Shown here in pieces: positions 49,597 to 60,138 of a stretch of DNA of 60,158 nt. A model generated the notes under the pieces. It worked only from the letters and a program-made list of their open reading frames with translations, was not told the origin of the DNA and ran no database searches. The position numbers and the translations under genes are program-made. Source of the DNA: Sedimenticolaceae bacterium (lineage in GTDB: Bacteria; Pseudomonadota; Gammaproteobacteria; Chromatiales; Chromatiaceae); the NCBI GenBank assembly GCA_050300835.1, contig JBNKYJ010000145.1, positions 1 to 60,158 of the forward strand, given 5' to 3'. Each line of letters begins with the position of its first letter. Position 1 is the stretch's first letter.

Positions 49597-49738
49597 CTTG
49601 ACATTCCGATTCCTTTCCATATCGGTAACCGTGTTGTCGGCAGATACCTTTAATTCTTGATATTCCCTAACCATTGCGCTCGACCCTCCCGCTCAGTAAT
49701 CTTGAGGTATCCAAAAAACGACCCGAGACAGACCATCC

Positions 49739-50122
49739 ATGCAACAAGAGCGACTCAATCACATCGAAGTTCAGGTTGAGACCAACTACATGGAATCGCA
49801 GTCACAGCCTGACGAGCAGCGTTTCGTCTTCTCCTACACGGTGACCATACGCAATGAGGGCAATATCCCGGCCCGACTGATGAACCGTCACTGGATCATT
49901 ACCGACGCCAACGGCAAGGTGCAGGAGGTGCGTGGAGAGGGCGTGGTCGGCGAACAGCCCCACCTGAAACCGGGTGAAACCTTCCGCTACACCAGCGGCA
50001 CCGTGCTCGACACGCCGGTCGGCAGCATGCAGGGCAGCTATGACATGGTCGACAGCCTGGGCAACCATTTCGACGCCATGATCCCGCCCTTTTCGCTGGC
50101 CCGGCCCGGCAGCCTGCATTGA
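49739..50122 (+). CDS. apaG: ApaG protein
   Basis: FSYTVTIRN, RHWIITDANG, GEGVVGEQP, YTSG. Confidence 0.95.
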   Translation: MQQERLNHIEVQVETNYMESQSQPDEQRFVFSYTVTIRNEGNIPARLMNRHWIITDANGKVQEVRGEGVVGEQPHLKPGETFRYTSGTVLDTPVGSMQGSYDMVDSLGNHFDAMIPPFSLARPGSLH

Positions 50123-50174
50123 GGTCTGTCAGGACCTATTGATACCCAGGAAGACCCAACCACAGGGAGAGCCT

Positions 50175-50801
50175 ATGCCCCAGGCCCAGCGCTTCACCGA
50201 ACCGCTCTGGCTCGCTGGAGGGGTGCTTCTGCTATTGATCCTCAGCGGCATCGATCCGGTGGCGGACCGCTACACCTGGTTTCTGGAGACCGCGCCGGTC
50301 ATGATCGGTCTGGTGCTGCTGAGCCTGACCTGGCGACGCTTCCCGCTGACCCTGCTGCTCTGCCGACTGCTGGCGCTGCACGCCGTGATCCTCATCATCG
50401 GCGGCTACTACACCTATGCGGAGGTGCCGCTTTTCAACTGGCTGCGGGACGCTCTCGAGCTCTCCCGTAACCACTACGACCGCATCGGCCACCTCGCCCA
50501 AGGCTTCATTCCCGCCATCCTGGCGCGGGAGATCCTGTTGCGTCGCTCCCCCCTCGAGAACGGACGCTGGCTGTTTTTCATCGTGGTCTCCATCTGTCTC
50601 GCCTTCAGCGCCTTCTACGAGCTGATCGAGTGGTGGGTGGCACTGCTCAGCGAGCAGGCTGCCGACGCCTTTCTCGGCACCCAGGGCGACCATTGGGACA
50701 CCCAGAACGATATGTTTCTGGCGATGATCGGCGCCGTACTTTCGCAACTGCTGCTGTCGCATATGCACGACCGGCAGCTGGCCAGGCTGGAGAGCGTCTG
50801 A
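50175..50801 (+). CDS. DUF2238 (YjdF-like) membrane protein
   Basis: GGYYTYAEVP, RNHYDRIGH, YELIEW, FLGTQGD.WDTQ.DM. Confidence 0.85.
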   Translation: MPQAQRFTEPLWLAGGVLLLLILSGIDPVADRYTWFLETAPVMIGLVLLSLTWRRFPLTLLLCRLLALHAVILIIGGYYTYAEVPLFNWLRDALELSRNHYDRIGHLAQGFIPAILAREILLRRSPLENGRWLFFIVVSICLAFSAFYELIEWWVALLSEQAADAFLGTQGDHWDTQNDMFLAMIGAVLSQLLLSHMHDRQLARLESV

Positions 50802-51640
50802 TGGCCATCTACGTCATCGGTGACGTCCAGGGGTGCTACGACGAGTTGATGAGGCTGCTCAAGCAGATTGAATTCAATCCCGACAGCGACCGTCTCTGGT
50901 TCGCCGGCGACCTGGTCAACCGCGGCCCCAAATCCCTGGAGGTGCTCCGCTTCGTCAAATCCCTCGGTGACCGGGCGGTGACGGTATTGGGCAATCACGA
51001 CCTGCATCTGCTGGCGCTCACTCAAGGCAACCGCAGCCACTACAAGCACGGCACCCTGGATGAGGTGCTGGCAGCGCCCGACCGCGACGAGCTGATCGAT
51101 TGGCTGCGCCACCGGCCGGTGATGTATCATCACGAGAAGCGTGGCTACAGCCTGATCCATGCCGGACTGCCGCCGCAATGGGACCTGCCCACCGCGCGGG
51201 CCTGCGCGCATGAACTGGAGGCAGTCCTGCGCGGTCCCGGCTTTCACGATTTCTGCCACCAGATGTACGGCAACCAGCCCGACCTCTGGCGCGACGATCT
51301 CGCCGGCATCGAGCGCCTGCGCTTCATCACCAACGCCTTCACGCGCCTGCGCTTCTGCACGTCCGACGGCCGGCTCTCGATGCGTGACAAAGGGGCGCCG
51401 GGCACCCAGTCGAACGGCTCCCGTCCCTGGTATGACATTCCGGGCCGCGCCACCCGCAACGACCGTATTCTGTTCGGCCATTGGTCGACCCTGGGTTATC
51501 GCCAGGTCGGCAATGCCTGGTGTCTCGACAGCGGCTGCCTCTGGGGCGGCAAGCTCACCGCCCTGAGACTGCGCAAGACCCAGAAACCCAAGCCCCTGCA
51601 GATCAGCTGCCCGGGCGCCCTCAAACCCGGCAAGAAATAG
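50801..51640 (+). CDS. apaH: Symmetrical diadenosine tetraphosphatase
   Basis: IGDVQGC, GDLVNRGP, LGNHDLH, FGHWS, LDSGCLWGG. Confidence 0.95.
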   Translation: MAIYVIGDVQGCYDELMRLLKQIEFNPDSDRLWFAGDLVNRGPKSLEVLRFVKSLGDRAVTVLGNHDLHLLALTQGNRSHYKHGTLDEVLAAPDRDELIDWLRHRPVMYHHEKRGYSLIHAGLPPQWDLPTARACAHELEAVLRGPGFHDFCHQMYGNQPDLWRDDLAGIERLRFITNAFTRLRFCTSDGRLSMRDKGAPGTQSNGSRPWYDIPGRATRNDRILFGHWSTLGYRQVGNAWCLDSGCLWGGKLTALRLRKTQKPKPLQISCPGALKPGKK

Positions 51641-51757
51641 TCACCCCACCGCGAGTAGCTTACCGGGTTGACGACTCAGCCGGTAAATCCGGAATCGGCG
51701 TGTTACCCTGAACAGACGACACAGCTGCGCCAAGCAGTTGCACCGAGGGAGGAGAAG

Positions 51758-52510
51758 ATGCGTGCACATGACATCGAATATCGGATCATCGGCCACGATA
51801 TGCAGCTGGTCGAAATCGTCCTCGATCCCGGCGAGACCGTCATCGCCGAAGCCGGGGCCATGACCTACATGGAGGCGGCCATCAGCTTCGAAACCCGCAT
51901 GGGCGATGGCGCCGATCCCGAAGAGGGGATGTTCGGCAAACTCTTCAGCGCCGGCAAGCGCATGCTCACCGGTGAGTCGATCTTCACCACCCACTTCACC
52001 AACGGCGCCGCGGCGGGCAAATCCCGTGTCGCCTTCTCCGCCCCCTACCCCGGCACGGTGATCGCGCTGGACCTGAACCGGCTCGGCGGCAAGGTGGTCT
52101 GCCAAAAAGACGCCTTCCTCTGCGCTGCGCGCGGCACCAAGCTCGGCATCGCGTTCAACAAAAGGCTCGGCAGCGGCCTGTTCGGCGGCGAGGGATTCAT
52201 CCTGCAGAAGCTGGAGGGCGACGGTCTCGCCTTCATTCAGGCCGGAGGCACGGTGATCGAGAAGCGCCTCGACGACGAGACACTGCGCGTGGATACCGGA
52301 TGCCTGGTCGGCTTCACCGATGGAATCGAGTACGACATCGGCATGGCAGGCGGTTTGAAATCGATGCTGTTCGGCGGCGAGGGCGTCTTTCTGGCGACCC
52401 TCAGCGGAACCGGGACAGTGTGGCTTCAGAGCCTGCCTTTTTCCCGCATGGCCGATCGTATCCTGCAGCACGCCCCCCAGGGTGGCGGCAAGGAGCGGGG
52501 AGAGGATTGA
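51758..52510 (+). CDS. TIGR00266/AIM24 family protein
   Basis: SD GGAGGAG; [32 protein letters not shown]. Confidence 0.88.
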   Translation: MRAHDIEYRIIGHDMQLVEIVLDPGETVIAEAGAMTYMEAAISFETRMGDGADPEEGMFGKLFSAGKRMLTGESIFTTHFTNGAAAGKSRVAFSAPYPGTVIALDLNRLGGKVVCQKDAFLCAARGTKLGIAFNKRLGSGLFGGEGFILQKLEGDGLAFIQAGGTVIEKRLDDETLRVDTGCLVGFTDGIEYDIGMAGGLKSMLFGGEGVFLATLSGTGTVWLQSLPFSRMADRILQHAPQGGGKERGED

Positions 52511-52653
52511 GCACGTTCAGGCGCTGAAGCGACGAACAGGCGAAGAGTCGACGACGAGGATCGAAGCGCTCAGATACGACCAGCCTTTGCAGGCCAAGAG
52601 CTCTGAGCCTAAAGGCACTTATTGAACGGGATGGGAGCCTTCCGCTGGTAAAA

Positions 52654-52715
52654 GGTGGGGCAGGGCCCCACCCTACATGCCGCAACAAGTGGGTAGGGCA
52701 GGGTCCTGCCCCACC
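52654..52715. repeat. Inverted pair of GTAG-family REP sequences
   Basis: GGTGGGGCAGGGCCCCACCCTAC ... GTAGGGCAGGGTCCTGCCCCACC. Confidence 0.7.
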
Positions 52716-52795
52716 ATAAGGCGGCTGTGTGCCAGGTCGTTTCAAACCTTTCGGGGAAGCTGCATTCTCCTCAGACCGTTTCCGGCCCGTCCGGC

Positions 52796-53302
52796 TCAAG
52801 CCCTGATCCGCTCCAATTCAAGAAAGGTGCAGGCATAGGCGTTGCGCTCGTCGGCCGCGTGGGTCTCGCGGCTCAGCTCATGCCATGCAGCGTAGTCGAT
52901 CTCGGGAAAACGTGTCTCACCCTCCACCTCGGCGTCCACCAGGGTCAGGTAGAGCCGGTCCGCGCGCGGCAGCATCTCCTTATATATGGAGCCCCCGCCC
53001 ACGATCATCACCTCCGAAACCTCGCCGGCCGCCTCCAGGGCTTGCTCCAGGGAGTGCACCAGCTCGCACCCCTCGGCCCGAAAGTCGGGATCCCGGGTGA
53101 CCACGATATGGCGTCGCCCGGGCAGCAGACCCGGCAGTGACTCCCAGGTCTTGCGACCCATCACCATCGGCTTGCCCATGGTGACCGATTTGAAATGAGC
53201 GAGATCGGCAGGCAGGCGCCAGGGCAGCTGATTGTCACGACCGATCACGCCGTTCTTCGCCATCGCCACGATGAGGGATATCAGGGGTCCCCGCTGTGAC
53301 AT
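52796..53302 (-). CDS. folA: Dihydrofolate reductase
   Basis: IVAMAKNGVIG..NQLPWRLPADL, MGRKTWESL, IVGGG; start overlaps the thyA stop. Confidence 0.96.
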   Translation of the reverse strand: MSQRGPLISLIVAMAKNGVIGRDNQLPWRLPADLAHFKSVTMGKPMVMGRKTWESLPGLLPGRRHIVVTRDPDFRAEGCELVHSLEQALEAAGEVSEVMIVGGGSIYKEMLPRADRLYLTLVDAEVEGETRFPEIDYAAWHELSRETHAADERNAYACTFLELERIRA

Positions 53303-54096
53303 CAGACCGCCACCGGCGCCTTGATGTGTGGATGGGGATCGTAGTCGACCAGTTCGAAATCCTCGAAGCGAAAGCCGAAGATATCGTCGACCTCCGGATT
53401 GATGCGCATGCCGGGCAGGGCGCGGGGTTCCCGGCTCAGCTGCAGATCGCACTGTTCCAGATGGTTGGCGTAGAGGTGGGCGTCGCCGAAGGTGTGCACG
53501 AACTCGCCCGGTTGCAGCTTGGTCACCTGGGCCAGCATCATGGTCAGCAGGGCGTAGGAGGCGATATTGAACGGCACCCCCAGAAAGATATCGGCACTGC
53601 GCTGATAGAGCTGGCAGGAGAGTCGCCCCTCGGCCACGTAGAACTGGAACAGACAGTGGCAGGGCGGCAGCGCCATGTGTTCGATATCGGCCGGGTTCCA
53701 GGCGGAGACAATCAGGCGGCGGGAGTCGGGATTCTGGCGAATCTGTTTCACTAACTGACTGATCTGGTCGATATGCCCGCCGTCGGGCGTCGGCCAGGAA
53801 CGCCACTGGTGACCATAGACGGGTCCCAGGTCGCCGTTCTCATCGGCCCACTCATCCCAGATGCTGACGCCGTTCTGTTTCAGGTAGCCGATGTTGGTAT
53901 CGCCCTGGAGAAACCAGAGCAACTCGTGGATGATCGAGCGCAGGTGGAGTTTCTTGGTGGTCAGTACCGGGAAACCCCGGGCCAGATCGAAGCGCATCTG
54001 ATAGCCAAAAACGCTGCGCGTGCCGGTACCGGTACGATCCTCTTTCACCACACCGTGATCGCGGACGTGTCGCATCAAGTCCAAATATTGTTTCAT
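53302..54096 (-). CDS. thyA: Thymidylate synthase
   Basis: DRTGTGT, PDSRR, MALPPCH, QRSAD.FLGVPFN. Confidence 0.98.
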   Translation of the reverse strand: MKQYLDLMRHVRDHGVVKEDRTGTGTRSVFGYQMRFDLARGFPVLTTKKLHLRSIIHELLWFLQGDTNIGYLKQNGVSIWDEWADENGDLGPVYGHQWRSWPTPDGGHIDQISQLVKQIRQNPDSRRLIVSAWNPADIEHMALPPCHCLFQFYVAEGRLSCQLYQRSADIFLGVPFNIASYALLTMMLAQVTKLQPGEFVHTFGDAHLYANHLEQCDLQLSREPRALPGMRINPEVDDIFGFRFEDFELVDYDPHPHIKAPVAV

Positions 54097-54941
54097 GCCG
54101 TTGCTTCCGAAGCCCCTTTACGTCGATAAGCCAGAAAGAGCAGCAGCATACCAAACAGAATCATGGGTGTACTCAGCAGCTGCCCCATGGTGATCCAGCC
54201 GAAGGCGAGATAACCGATATGGGCGTCGGGAAGGCGCACCAGCTCGATCAGGAAGCGGAACACGCCGTAGCAGAGCAGGAACATTCCCGAGACCGCCATA
54301 CGCGGCGGTCGCCTGGCGGAGAAGAGCCAGAGGATCAGGAACAGGACCACCCCTTCGAGCAGAAACTCGTAGAGCTGATTGGGGTGCACCGGCGTGGAGT
54401 AGAGCGTGCCCGACGGCAGCCCGAGACGACTGCAGAGGCCTGCCGCGACACCACAAGGCACCTGCATGCCCCAGGGCAGGCTGGTGGGACCACCCCAGAG
54501 CTCCGCATTGATGAAATTACCCAGACGCCCGGCGCCCAGCCCCACGGTGACCAGGGGGGCGATGAAATCAGTGGCCTGGAAAAAGGTCCGGCCGTGACGC
54601 CGGGCGAACAGCCACATCGCGAGCAACACGCCGAGCAGGCCGCCGTGGAAGGACATGCCACCCTCCCAGACCCGGAACAGATAGAGCGGATCGGCCAGCA
54701 GCTTGTCGAGACCATAGAAGAGGATGTAGCCGAATCGTCCGCCCAGCACCACGCCCAGGACGATATAGAAGACCATATCGTCGACCTGCTGGGGATTCCA
54801 GAGCGCGCCAGGCTTGGCGGCCCTGATCCGCCCGAGCCACCAACCGCCAAGGAATCCGATCAGATACATCACCCCGTACCAATGGATCTTCAGCGGCCCG
54901 ACCGCCAACAGCACCGGATCGATTTCAGGGTAGGTGATCAT
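54093..54941 (-). CDS. lgt: Prolipoprotein diacylglyceryl transferase
   Basis: [38 protein letters not shown]. Confidence 0.96.
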   Translation of the reverse strand: MITYPEIDPVLLAVGPLKIHWYGVMYLIGFLGGWWLGRIRAAKPGALWNPQQVDDMVFYIVLGVVLGGRFGYILFYGLDKLLADPLYLFRVWEGGMSFHGGLLGVLLAMWLFARRHGRTFFQATDFIAPLVTVGLGAGRLGNFINAELWGGPTSLPWGMQVPCGVAAGLCSRLGLPSGTLYSTPVHPNQLYEFLLEGVVLFLILWLFSARRPPRMAVSGMFLLCYGVFRFLIELVRLPDAHIGYLAFGWITMGQLLSTPMILFGMLLLFLAYRRKGASEATA

Positions 54942-55181
54942 GGTGGCGCATGGTAGCACAGGAATGACATTCACGAATCTGCCAAAAAATCGTAGAGATG
55001 CGGAATCACGTCGTTAATGGATGGTAGTATGCTGTGAAACCGATCACATTCCTTTCCGATTACGGAATTAATTTCGCAAACCGGGTGACGGATATCTGCC
55101 GGGTGTCAAGTTTTTGGAACCAGCGCCGCTATCCCGTACAGACGATGCATCACCCAACAGCATCCGGAATAGGGAAGGACT

Positions 55182-55559
55182 ATGAGCTACGCACACGCAC
55201 AGAAATTTGAAACTTACATTCCGCGTAAAATGGATACACTAGGCTCTCGGCTGAGACGTAAAAGACGGGAACGGGGATGGACCCAGGAGGAGCTGGCGCT
55301 GCGTGCCGGCACCAACCAGGCGGTAATCCAGAAAATCGAGAACGGCAAGAGTCTGCGCCCGCGCAAGATCGATGAGATCGCCCAGGTGCTCGACGTCAAT
55401 CCGGCTTGGCTGATGTTCGGCGACGAAGCCTCACCCACGGTGCTCGACGAAGAGGCGACCGAAGTGGCCAAGGCATGGAATCACCTGCCCGAGCCGATCA
55501 GAAGCCGCATCAAGCGGAATATCTTCGAGCAGGTCCTGCTCCACTCGAGCAAGAAGTAG
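55182..55559 (+). CDS. XRE/Cro-family HTH transcriptional regulator
   Basis: LGSRLRRKR..GWTQEELA..GTNQAVIQKIENG..IAQVLDVNPAWL. Confidence 0.9.
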   Translation: MSYAHAQKFETYIPRKMDTLGSRLRRKRRERGWTQEELALRAGTNQAVIQKIENGKSLRPRKIDEIAQVLDVNPAWLMFGDEASPTVLDEEATEVAKAWNHLPEPIRSRIKRNIFEQVLLHSSKK

Positions 55560-55620
55560 CCCATTTCAGCCGCCCGGATGCAGTGCGTCATCCGGGCGGC
55601 GTAAACACCTTCCGCTCCAG

Positions 55621-55650
55621 AACAGCCACCTTGGGTGGCTGTTTTGTTTT
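55621..55650 (+). terminator. Intrinsic terminator downstream of the HTH gene
   Basis: AACAGCCACC-TTG-GGTGGCTGTT-TTGTTT; a further strong hairpin at 55569-55600. Confidence 0.65.
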
Positions 55651-55711
55651 GCCAACCCGAGCCAACCTCTCCCGCAGCCAGCAGCGAACGCTAGATCGAC
55701 CTCCAGCCCAT

Positions 55712-55737
55712 AAAAAAACCCGGCTCGAAAGCCGGGT
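55712..55737 (-). terminator. Intrinsic terminator after the outer-membrane protein gene
   Basis: ACCCGGCT-TTCG-AGCCGGGT followed by a T-run on the minus strand. Confidence 0.75.
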
Positions 55738-55766
55738 CTACAGACAATCCAACACAACCTTCTACG

Positions 55767-56414
55767 TCAAAACCTGTATGAGACACCGAAGGAGAGGACG
55801 GGATAGTACTTGTAATTCCTGATGTCATCCTCGAAGCGCTGCTCTTCCAGGGCGATATCGGCGGGATCAACCAGTCCGGCGTTGACGCCGGTGGGGGTCA
55901 GGCTCACGTTTCCGGAGCCCTGGTACATGATGCCCAGATCCACATTGAAACCCCAGCCCCTGTCGGCGGCCAGGGCGTTGCCCCAGCCCACACCCAGATA
56001 GGGAGCCGTGTTGTCGAAATCGAGCTTGGCATCGAGTCCGATACCGGGATAGAAGGTGTCGCCCACGGTGATGCCGGTGGCGGTGGATGAACCACTCAGC
56101 TCATTACCGTTGTTCATCAGGCCCGCAGTGAACCGGAAGGCGTTGCCGAAGGGGTGCCAGTCGGCCAGCAGGGAGATCGACTGCCACTCCAGATTCAGGT
56201 CGTACTCGATGTCGGAGATGGTCTCGGTACGGTCGTAATCGAACTTGTTGAGACCCAGACGGGCATTGAAATGCTCAGTGAGACCGAAGGTGCCTTCGAC
56301 ACCCAGACCCAGAGTGCCCAGTTTGGCGGTCACCGCCATGTCCATGGCACCGGCATTGGCCGACACCAGACCCAGACAGGCCGCCCCAAAAACTAGTTGA
56401 AACCGCGTATTCAT
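55767..56414 (-). CDS. Small outer-membrane beta-barrel protein
   Basis: Signal peptide, GTLGLGVE, APYLGVGWG, C-terminal GVSYRF beta-signal. Confidence 0.8.
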   Translation of the reverse strand: MNTRFQLVFGAACLGLVSANAGAMDMAVTAKLGTLGLGVEGTFGLTEHFNARLGLNKFDYDRTETISDIEYDLNLEWQSISLLADWHPFGNAFRFTAGLMNNGNELSGSSTATGITVGDTFYPGIGLDAKLDFDNTAPYLGVGWGNALAADRGWGFNVDLGIMYQGSGNVSLTPTGVNAGLVDPADIALEEQRFEDDIRNYKYYPVLSFGVSYRF

Positions 56415-56574
56415 TGAATTGCCTCGCCTAACCCGATTCTTCACAGGCCACTTCTTACTCTAGAACGGCAGCGCGGCTGGTTTCTTTAGATTCCTTCTCA
56501 AAATGCCCGGTGTATCCGGCGATATCGCATGTTTTGCGGCTTCCATGCCGGTGCGAGCTGCTACGGCCGGTTGA

Positions 56575-57030
56575 CTAAGTACGCCATCGCTCTTCCGCCT
56601 CATCATCGCTGACCCGGGCATCCACCCAGCGTTCTCCTTGGTCGGTCGTCTCCTTTTTCCAAAAAGGTGCCTGTGTCTTTAGATAGTCTATAACAAATTC
56701 ACAGCCTAGGAAGGCCTGTTTGCGATGTCGTCCCGCCACCGCCACCACCACAATGGTATCCGTTGGCCGCATCTCCCCGACCCGGTGCACCACCCGGCAG
56801 GCGTCAAGATCCCATCGCGCCATCGCCTCCTCGGCGATCTTCTGCAGTGCCTTCTCGGTCATCCCCGGGTAGTGTTCCAGATAGAGGCTCTCGACCCGGT
56901 CGCCCTCGTTGATATCCCGCATCAGACCGATGAAACTGACCACGGCACCAACCTCCGGATTGTCGGCCCTGACCAGATCCACCTCCCGATGCGGGTCCAG
57001 CGGTTCGGACTGCACACGGACATGGATCAT
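56575..57030 (-). CDS. moaE: Molybdopterin synthase catalytic subunit
   Basis: GAVVSFIG, LEHYPGMTEK, HRVG, DYLKTQAPFWKKE. Confidence 0.96.
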   Translation of the reverse strand: MIHVRVQSEPLDPHREVDLVRADNPEVGAVVSFIGLMRDINEGDRVESLYLEHYPGMTEKALQKIAEEAMARWDLDACRVVHRVGEMRPTDTIVVVAVAGRHRKQAFLGCEFVIDYLKTQAPFWKKETTDQGERWVDARVSDDEAEERWRT

Positions 57031-57033
57031 GAA

Positions 57034-57285
57034 TCAGCCTCCGGTCACCGGCGGAAAGAGGGCGACCTCATCCCCGTCCGCAAGGCGTGTGGCGCGATCG
57101 GCCAGCTCCTGGTTCACCGCCATCATCACGCGCTGGTCTTCGGCGAAAAGACGCGACCAGGCACCGCCACGGCCCCGCAATTCGCTGAGCAGGGCATCGA
57201 TCGTAGCGACCTGCGCCGCCTCGATACGCTCTCCGTCCGAACCCAGCTCCTCGCGAAAGCGGGCGAAATATTTCACATCAATCAT
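57034..57285 (-). CDS. moaD: Molybdopterin synthase sulfur carrier subunit
   Basis: YFARFRE, AVNQ, DGDEVALFPPVTGG. Confidence 0.95.
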   Translation of the reverse strand: MIDVKYFARFREELGSDGERIEAAQVATIDALLSELRGRGGAWSRLFAEDQRVMMAVNQELADRATRLADGDEVALFPPVTGG

Positions 57286-58523
57286 GCAATCAACTCACTG
57301 AAGGGAATGAACTCTATGCTATCTCCCGGCGCAATGGCTGTCAGGGCGGGCAGCACGGCAAAACCGTTGGCCCAGGCCACGGAACTCAGAACACCAGAGG
57401 ATCGGTTCGGGTAGAGCCTCACCACCGCGCGTCCCTGCTCATCGATCTCGAGCCGTCCCCGCGCATACTCGCGGCGTTTGTCGTCCGCGCCTTTCTCGAA
57501 AGCGGCAATCGCCCGGTGTGGGGTCGGCAGCACACCCTGCCGCACCCCCTGCAGACTCAGAATGAACGGCCGCATGAACAGCGTGAAGGTCGCGAACAGC
57601 GAAACCGGATTGCCGGGCGCACCCAGAAACGGAGTCTGCGCGACCTGGCCGAAGGCGAGCGGTTTGCCGGGGCGAATCGCCACCTTCCAGAGGTCGAGCG
57701 AACCCAACCGTTCGACCGCCGGCTTGACGTGATCCTCCTCCCCCACCGAGACACCGCCCGAAGCAATGATCAGATCAGCCTCCGCGGCGCCGCGGCTCAA
57801 GGCATCGCAGGTGGCCTGCAGGGTATCTTCCACCATGCCGAGTTGGATCACTTCACAGCCCAGGCGTTCCACCAGACCACCCAGGGTGAAGGTGTTGGAA
57901 TTGTAGATCTGGCCGGGCCCCAGTTCTCCACCGGGCATGACCAGTTCGTCGCCGCTGGAGAAGATCGCCACCTTGAGGCGACGATAGACGACCACCTCCG
58001 CCAATCCGACCGAAGCCACCAGTCCGAGATGCTGCGGCTGCAGGCGGATACCGCGGGGCAGCACCTCTTCGCCCTGCAGGATGTCCTCTCCGGCGCGACG
58101 GATGTTGGCGCCAGGCGCGGGCACCTCGGTGATCCTCACCCGCTCGCCTTCGACCGCGCACACCTCCTGCATCACCACCGCATCGGCACCGGGAGGTATC
58201 GGCGCGCCGGTAAAGATGCGCGCCGCCGTGCCCGGCTCCAGGTCGGTCCCGGCAGTGCCGGCCGGAATCCGCTGTGCCACCCGCAGGGGTTCCCCCTCCT
58301 TCAGCGATTTCAGGTTGACAGCATATCCGTCCATGGCGCTGTTGTCCCAGGGCGGCACATCGACCCGGCTGCGCACCGGTTCGGCCAATACGCGACCCAG
58401 GGCCTGGGCCAATGGCAGACGCTCAGTCTCGGTCACGCTTGCGGCCCGGGACAGGAGGAAGTCGAGGGCCTCGTCGAAAGGCTTGAGCGTCGGTTGATGA
58501 GAGTCGCAGCCGCAGTCCGTCAT
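57282..58523 (-). CDS. moeA: Molybdopterin molybdenumtransferase
   Basis: NSAMDGYA, RIFTGAP, SSGDEL, SGGVSVG..D, RPGKP, PGNPVS. Confidence 0.95.
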   Translation of the reverse strand: MTDCGCDSHQPTLKPFDEALDFLLSRAASVTETERLPLAQALGRVLAEPVRSRVDVPPWDNSAMDGYAVNLKSLKEGEPLRVAQRIPAGTAGTDLEPGTAARIFTGAPIPPGADAVVMQEVCAVEGERVRITEVPAPGANIRRAGEDILQGEEVLPRGIRLQPQHLGLVASVGLAEVVVYRRLKVAIFSSGDELVMPGGELGPGQIYNSNTFTLGGLVERLGCEVIQLGMVEDTLQATCDALSRGAAEADLIIASGGVSVGEEDHVKPAVERLGSLDLWKVAIRPGKPLAFGQVAQTPFLGAPGNPVSLFATFTLFMRPFILSLQGVRQGVLPTPHRAIAAFEKGADDKRREYARGRLEIDEQGRAVVRLYPNRSSGVLSSVAWANGFAVLPALTAIAPGDSIEFIPFSELIA

Positions 58524-58531
58524 ACAGGCTC

Positions 58532-59062
58532 CTATTTCTCCAGCAGCCGGGGAAACATCTGGGCAAAGTTACAGGGTCGGGTACGTATGTCGAGCTGGGC
58601 CTTGAGGATCCTGTCCCAGCCGGTGCGGCAGGCGCCGGTGGAGCCCGGCAGACAGAAGATCAGGGTGCCGTTGGCCAATCCCGCAATTGCCCGCGACTGG
58701 ATGGCGCTGGTGCCGATCTCCTCCAGGGAGAGGATTCTGTAGAGTTCGCCGAAACCCTCGATCTGCTTGTCGAACAGGGGCAGCATCGCCTCCGGCGTGC
58801 TGTCGCGACCGGTGATGCCGGTACCGCCGGTGGCGATCACCACATGCACCTCACTGTCGGCGATCCAGCGCGAGACCACGGCGCGCAGTTGATAGATATC
58901 GTCGGGCACGATGCTCTTCTCGACCACCTTGTGGCCGGCTTCCAACGCCCGCTCCCTCAGCGTATGGCCCGACTTGTCGGTCTCTTCCGTGCGGCTGTCG
59001 GAGACCGTCAGAATGGCCAGGTTGAGGGGAATGAAATCGCTTTCAGTGAAGTGTCCGGACAT
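58532..59062 (-). CDS. moaB: Molybdenum cofactor biosynthesis protein B
   Basis: LTVSDSR, TGGTG.TGRDSTPEA, QSRA, LPGSTGAC, RPCNF. Confidence 0.93.
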   Translation of the reverse strand: MSGHFTESDFIPLNLAILTVSDSRTEETDKSGHTLRERALEAGHKVVEKSIVPDDIYQLRAVVSRWIADSEVHVVIATGGTGITGRDSTPEAMLPLFDKQIEGFGELYRILSLEEIGTSAIQSRAIAGLANGTLIFCLPGSTGACRTGWDRILKAQLDIRTRPCNFAQMFPRLLEK

Positions 59063-59074
59063 CGCTCTGCCTAT

Positions 59075-60007
59075 TTAAAAACGGTAATCGAAGGTCTGCT
59101 CGAAGCGACGCGCAAAGACATCCCTCGAGACAAAGTGGTTCTGGGTCCCGGCATGTTCGATCTTGATCGCCCCCATCAGGGCGGCGATACGGCCAGTGGT
59201 CTCCCAATCCATACCGTTCATCAAACCATAAAGCAGTCCGGCCCGGTAGGCATCGCCGCAACCAGTGGGATCGACCAGCGCCTTGGCCGGGGCCACCGGT
59301 ATCTCGTAGCGCTTGTCGCGGGTGACGATGAGCGAGCCCTCGCCGCCGCGGGTGACGATCACCGCCTCGACCATCTGCGCCAACTGTTCCAGATTCTTGC
59401 CGGTGCGCTCCATCATCAACTGCGCCTCGTAGTCGTTGAACGCCAGCCAGTCGGCCTGCTCCGCGAACTGCAGCAGGCTAGCGCCATCGAACATCGGCAT
59501 GCCTTGACCCGGATCAAAGATGAACGGCACCCCCGCCTCGGCGAACTGAGACGCATGCTCGATCATGCCCTGACGTCCGTCCGGCGAGACCATCCCCAGG
59601 GTACAGCCGGCGATGCGCGAGACATCGATCTGATGGGCCTGGTTCATGGCCCCCGGGTGGAAGGCGGTAATCTGGTTGTCATCCTTGTCGGTGGTGATAT
59701 AGGCCTGCGCCGTATAGCTGCCGGGGATCACACGCAAGTGTTCACGGCTGACTCCGCACTCGTCCATCCAGCGGGCGTAGGGCTCGAAATCCACACCAAT
59801 GGTGCCGACCGGCTTGCCCTCGCCACCCAGCATGTTGAGGTTGTAGGCGATGTTGCCGGCACAGCCGCCGAACTCGCGACGCAGATCGGGCACCAGGAAG
59901 GAGACATTCAGGATATGCACCTGCTCGGGCAGGATGTGGTTCTTGAAATGGTCGTGGAAGACCATGATGGTGTCGAAGGCGAGGGATCCACAGATCAGGG
60001 CTGACAT
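59075..60007 (-). CDS. PfkB-family carbohydrate kinase (bacterial adenosine kinase-like)
   Basis: GSLAFDTIM, GGCAGNIAY, DPGQ, NDYE, DPTGCGDAYRAG. Confidence 0.9.
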   Translation of the reverse strand: MSALICGSLAFDTIMVFHDHFKNHILPEQVHILNVSFLVPDLRREFGGCAGNIAYNLNMLGGEGKPVGTIGVDFEPYARWMDECGVSREHLRVIPGSYTAQAYITTDKDDNQITAFHPGAMNQAHQIDVSRIAGCTLGMVSPDGRQGMIEHASQFAEAGVPFIFDPGQGMPMFDGASLLQFAEQADWLAFNDYEAQLMMERTGKNLEQLAQMVEAVIVTRGGEGSLIVTRDKRYEIPVAPAKALVDPTGCGDAYRAGLLYGLMNGMDWETTGRIAALMGAIKIEHAGTQNHFVSRDVFARRFEQTFDYRF

Positions 60008-60138
60008 AACCAAGACTCTCTTTTCAGCTTAAGGTTGTTGGGTGCCTGTGGGTGAACGACGCCGGTGCAAGCGGGGATTGTCATCGGGTGCCGACTTCGA
60101 CAAATCAGGCTCAGCCCCGCTTCCACCAATGAAGTTGC

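Noticed and set aside
52520-52650. AAGAGCTCTGAGCCTAAAGG segment faintly resembling a c-di-GMP-I riboswitch P3
   Set aside because: The GGCAAA/GNRA P2 elements are missing and the position, between convergent gene ends, is wrong.
55182-55559. XRE regulator as a prophage or toxin-antitoxin marker
   Set aside because: No integrase, phage gene or toxin adjacent; flanked by housekeeping genes.
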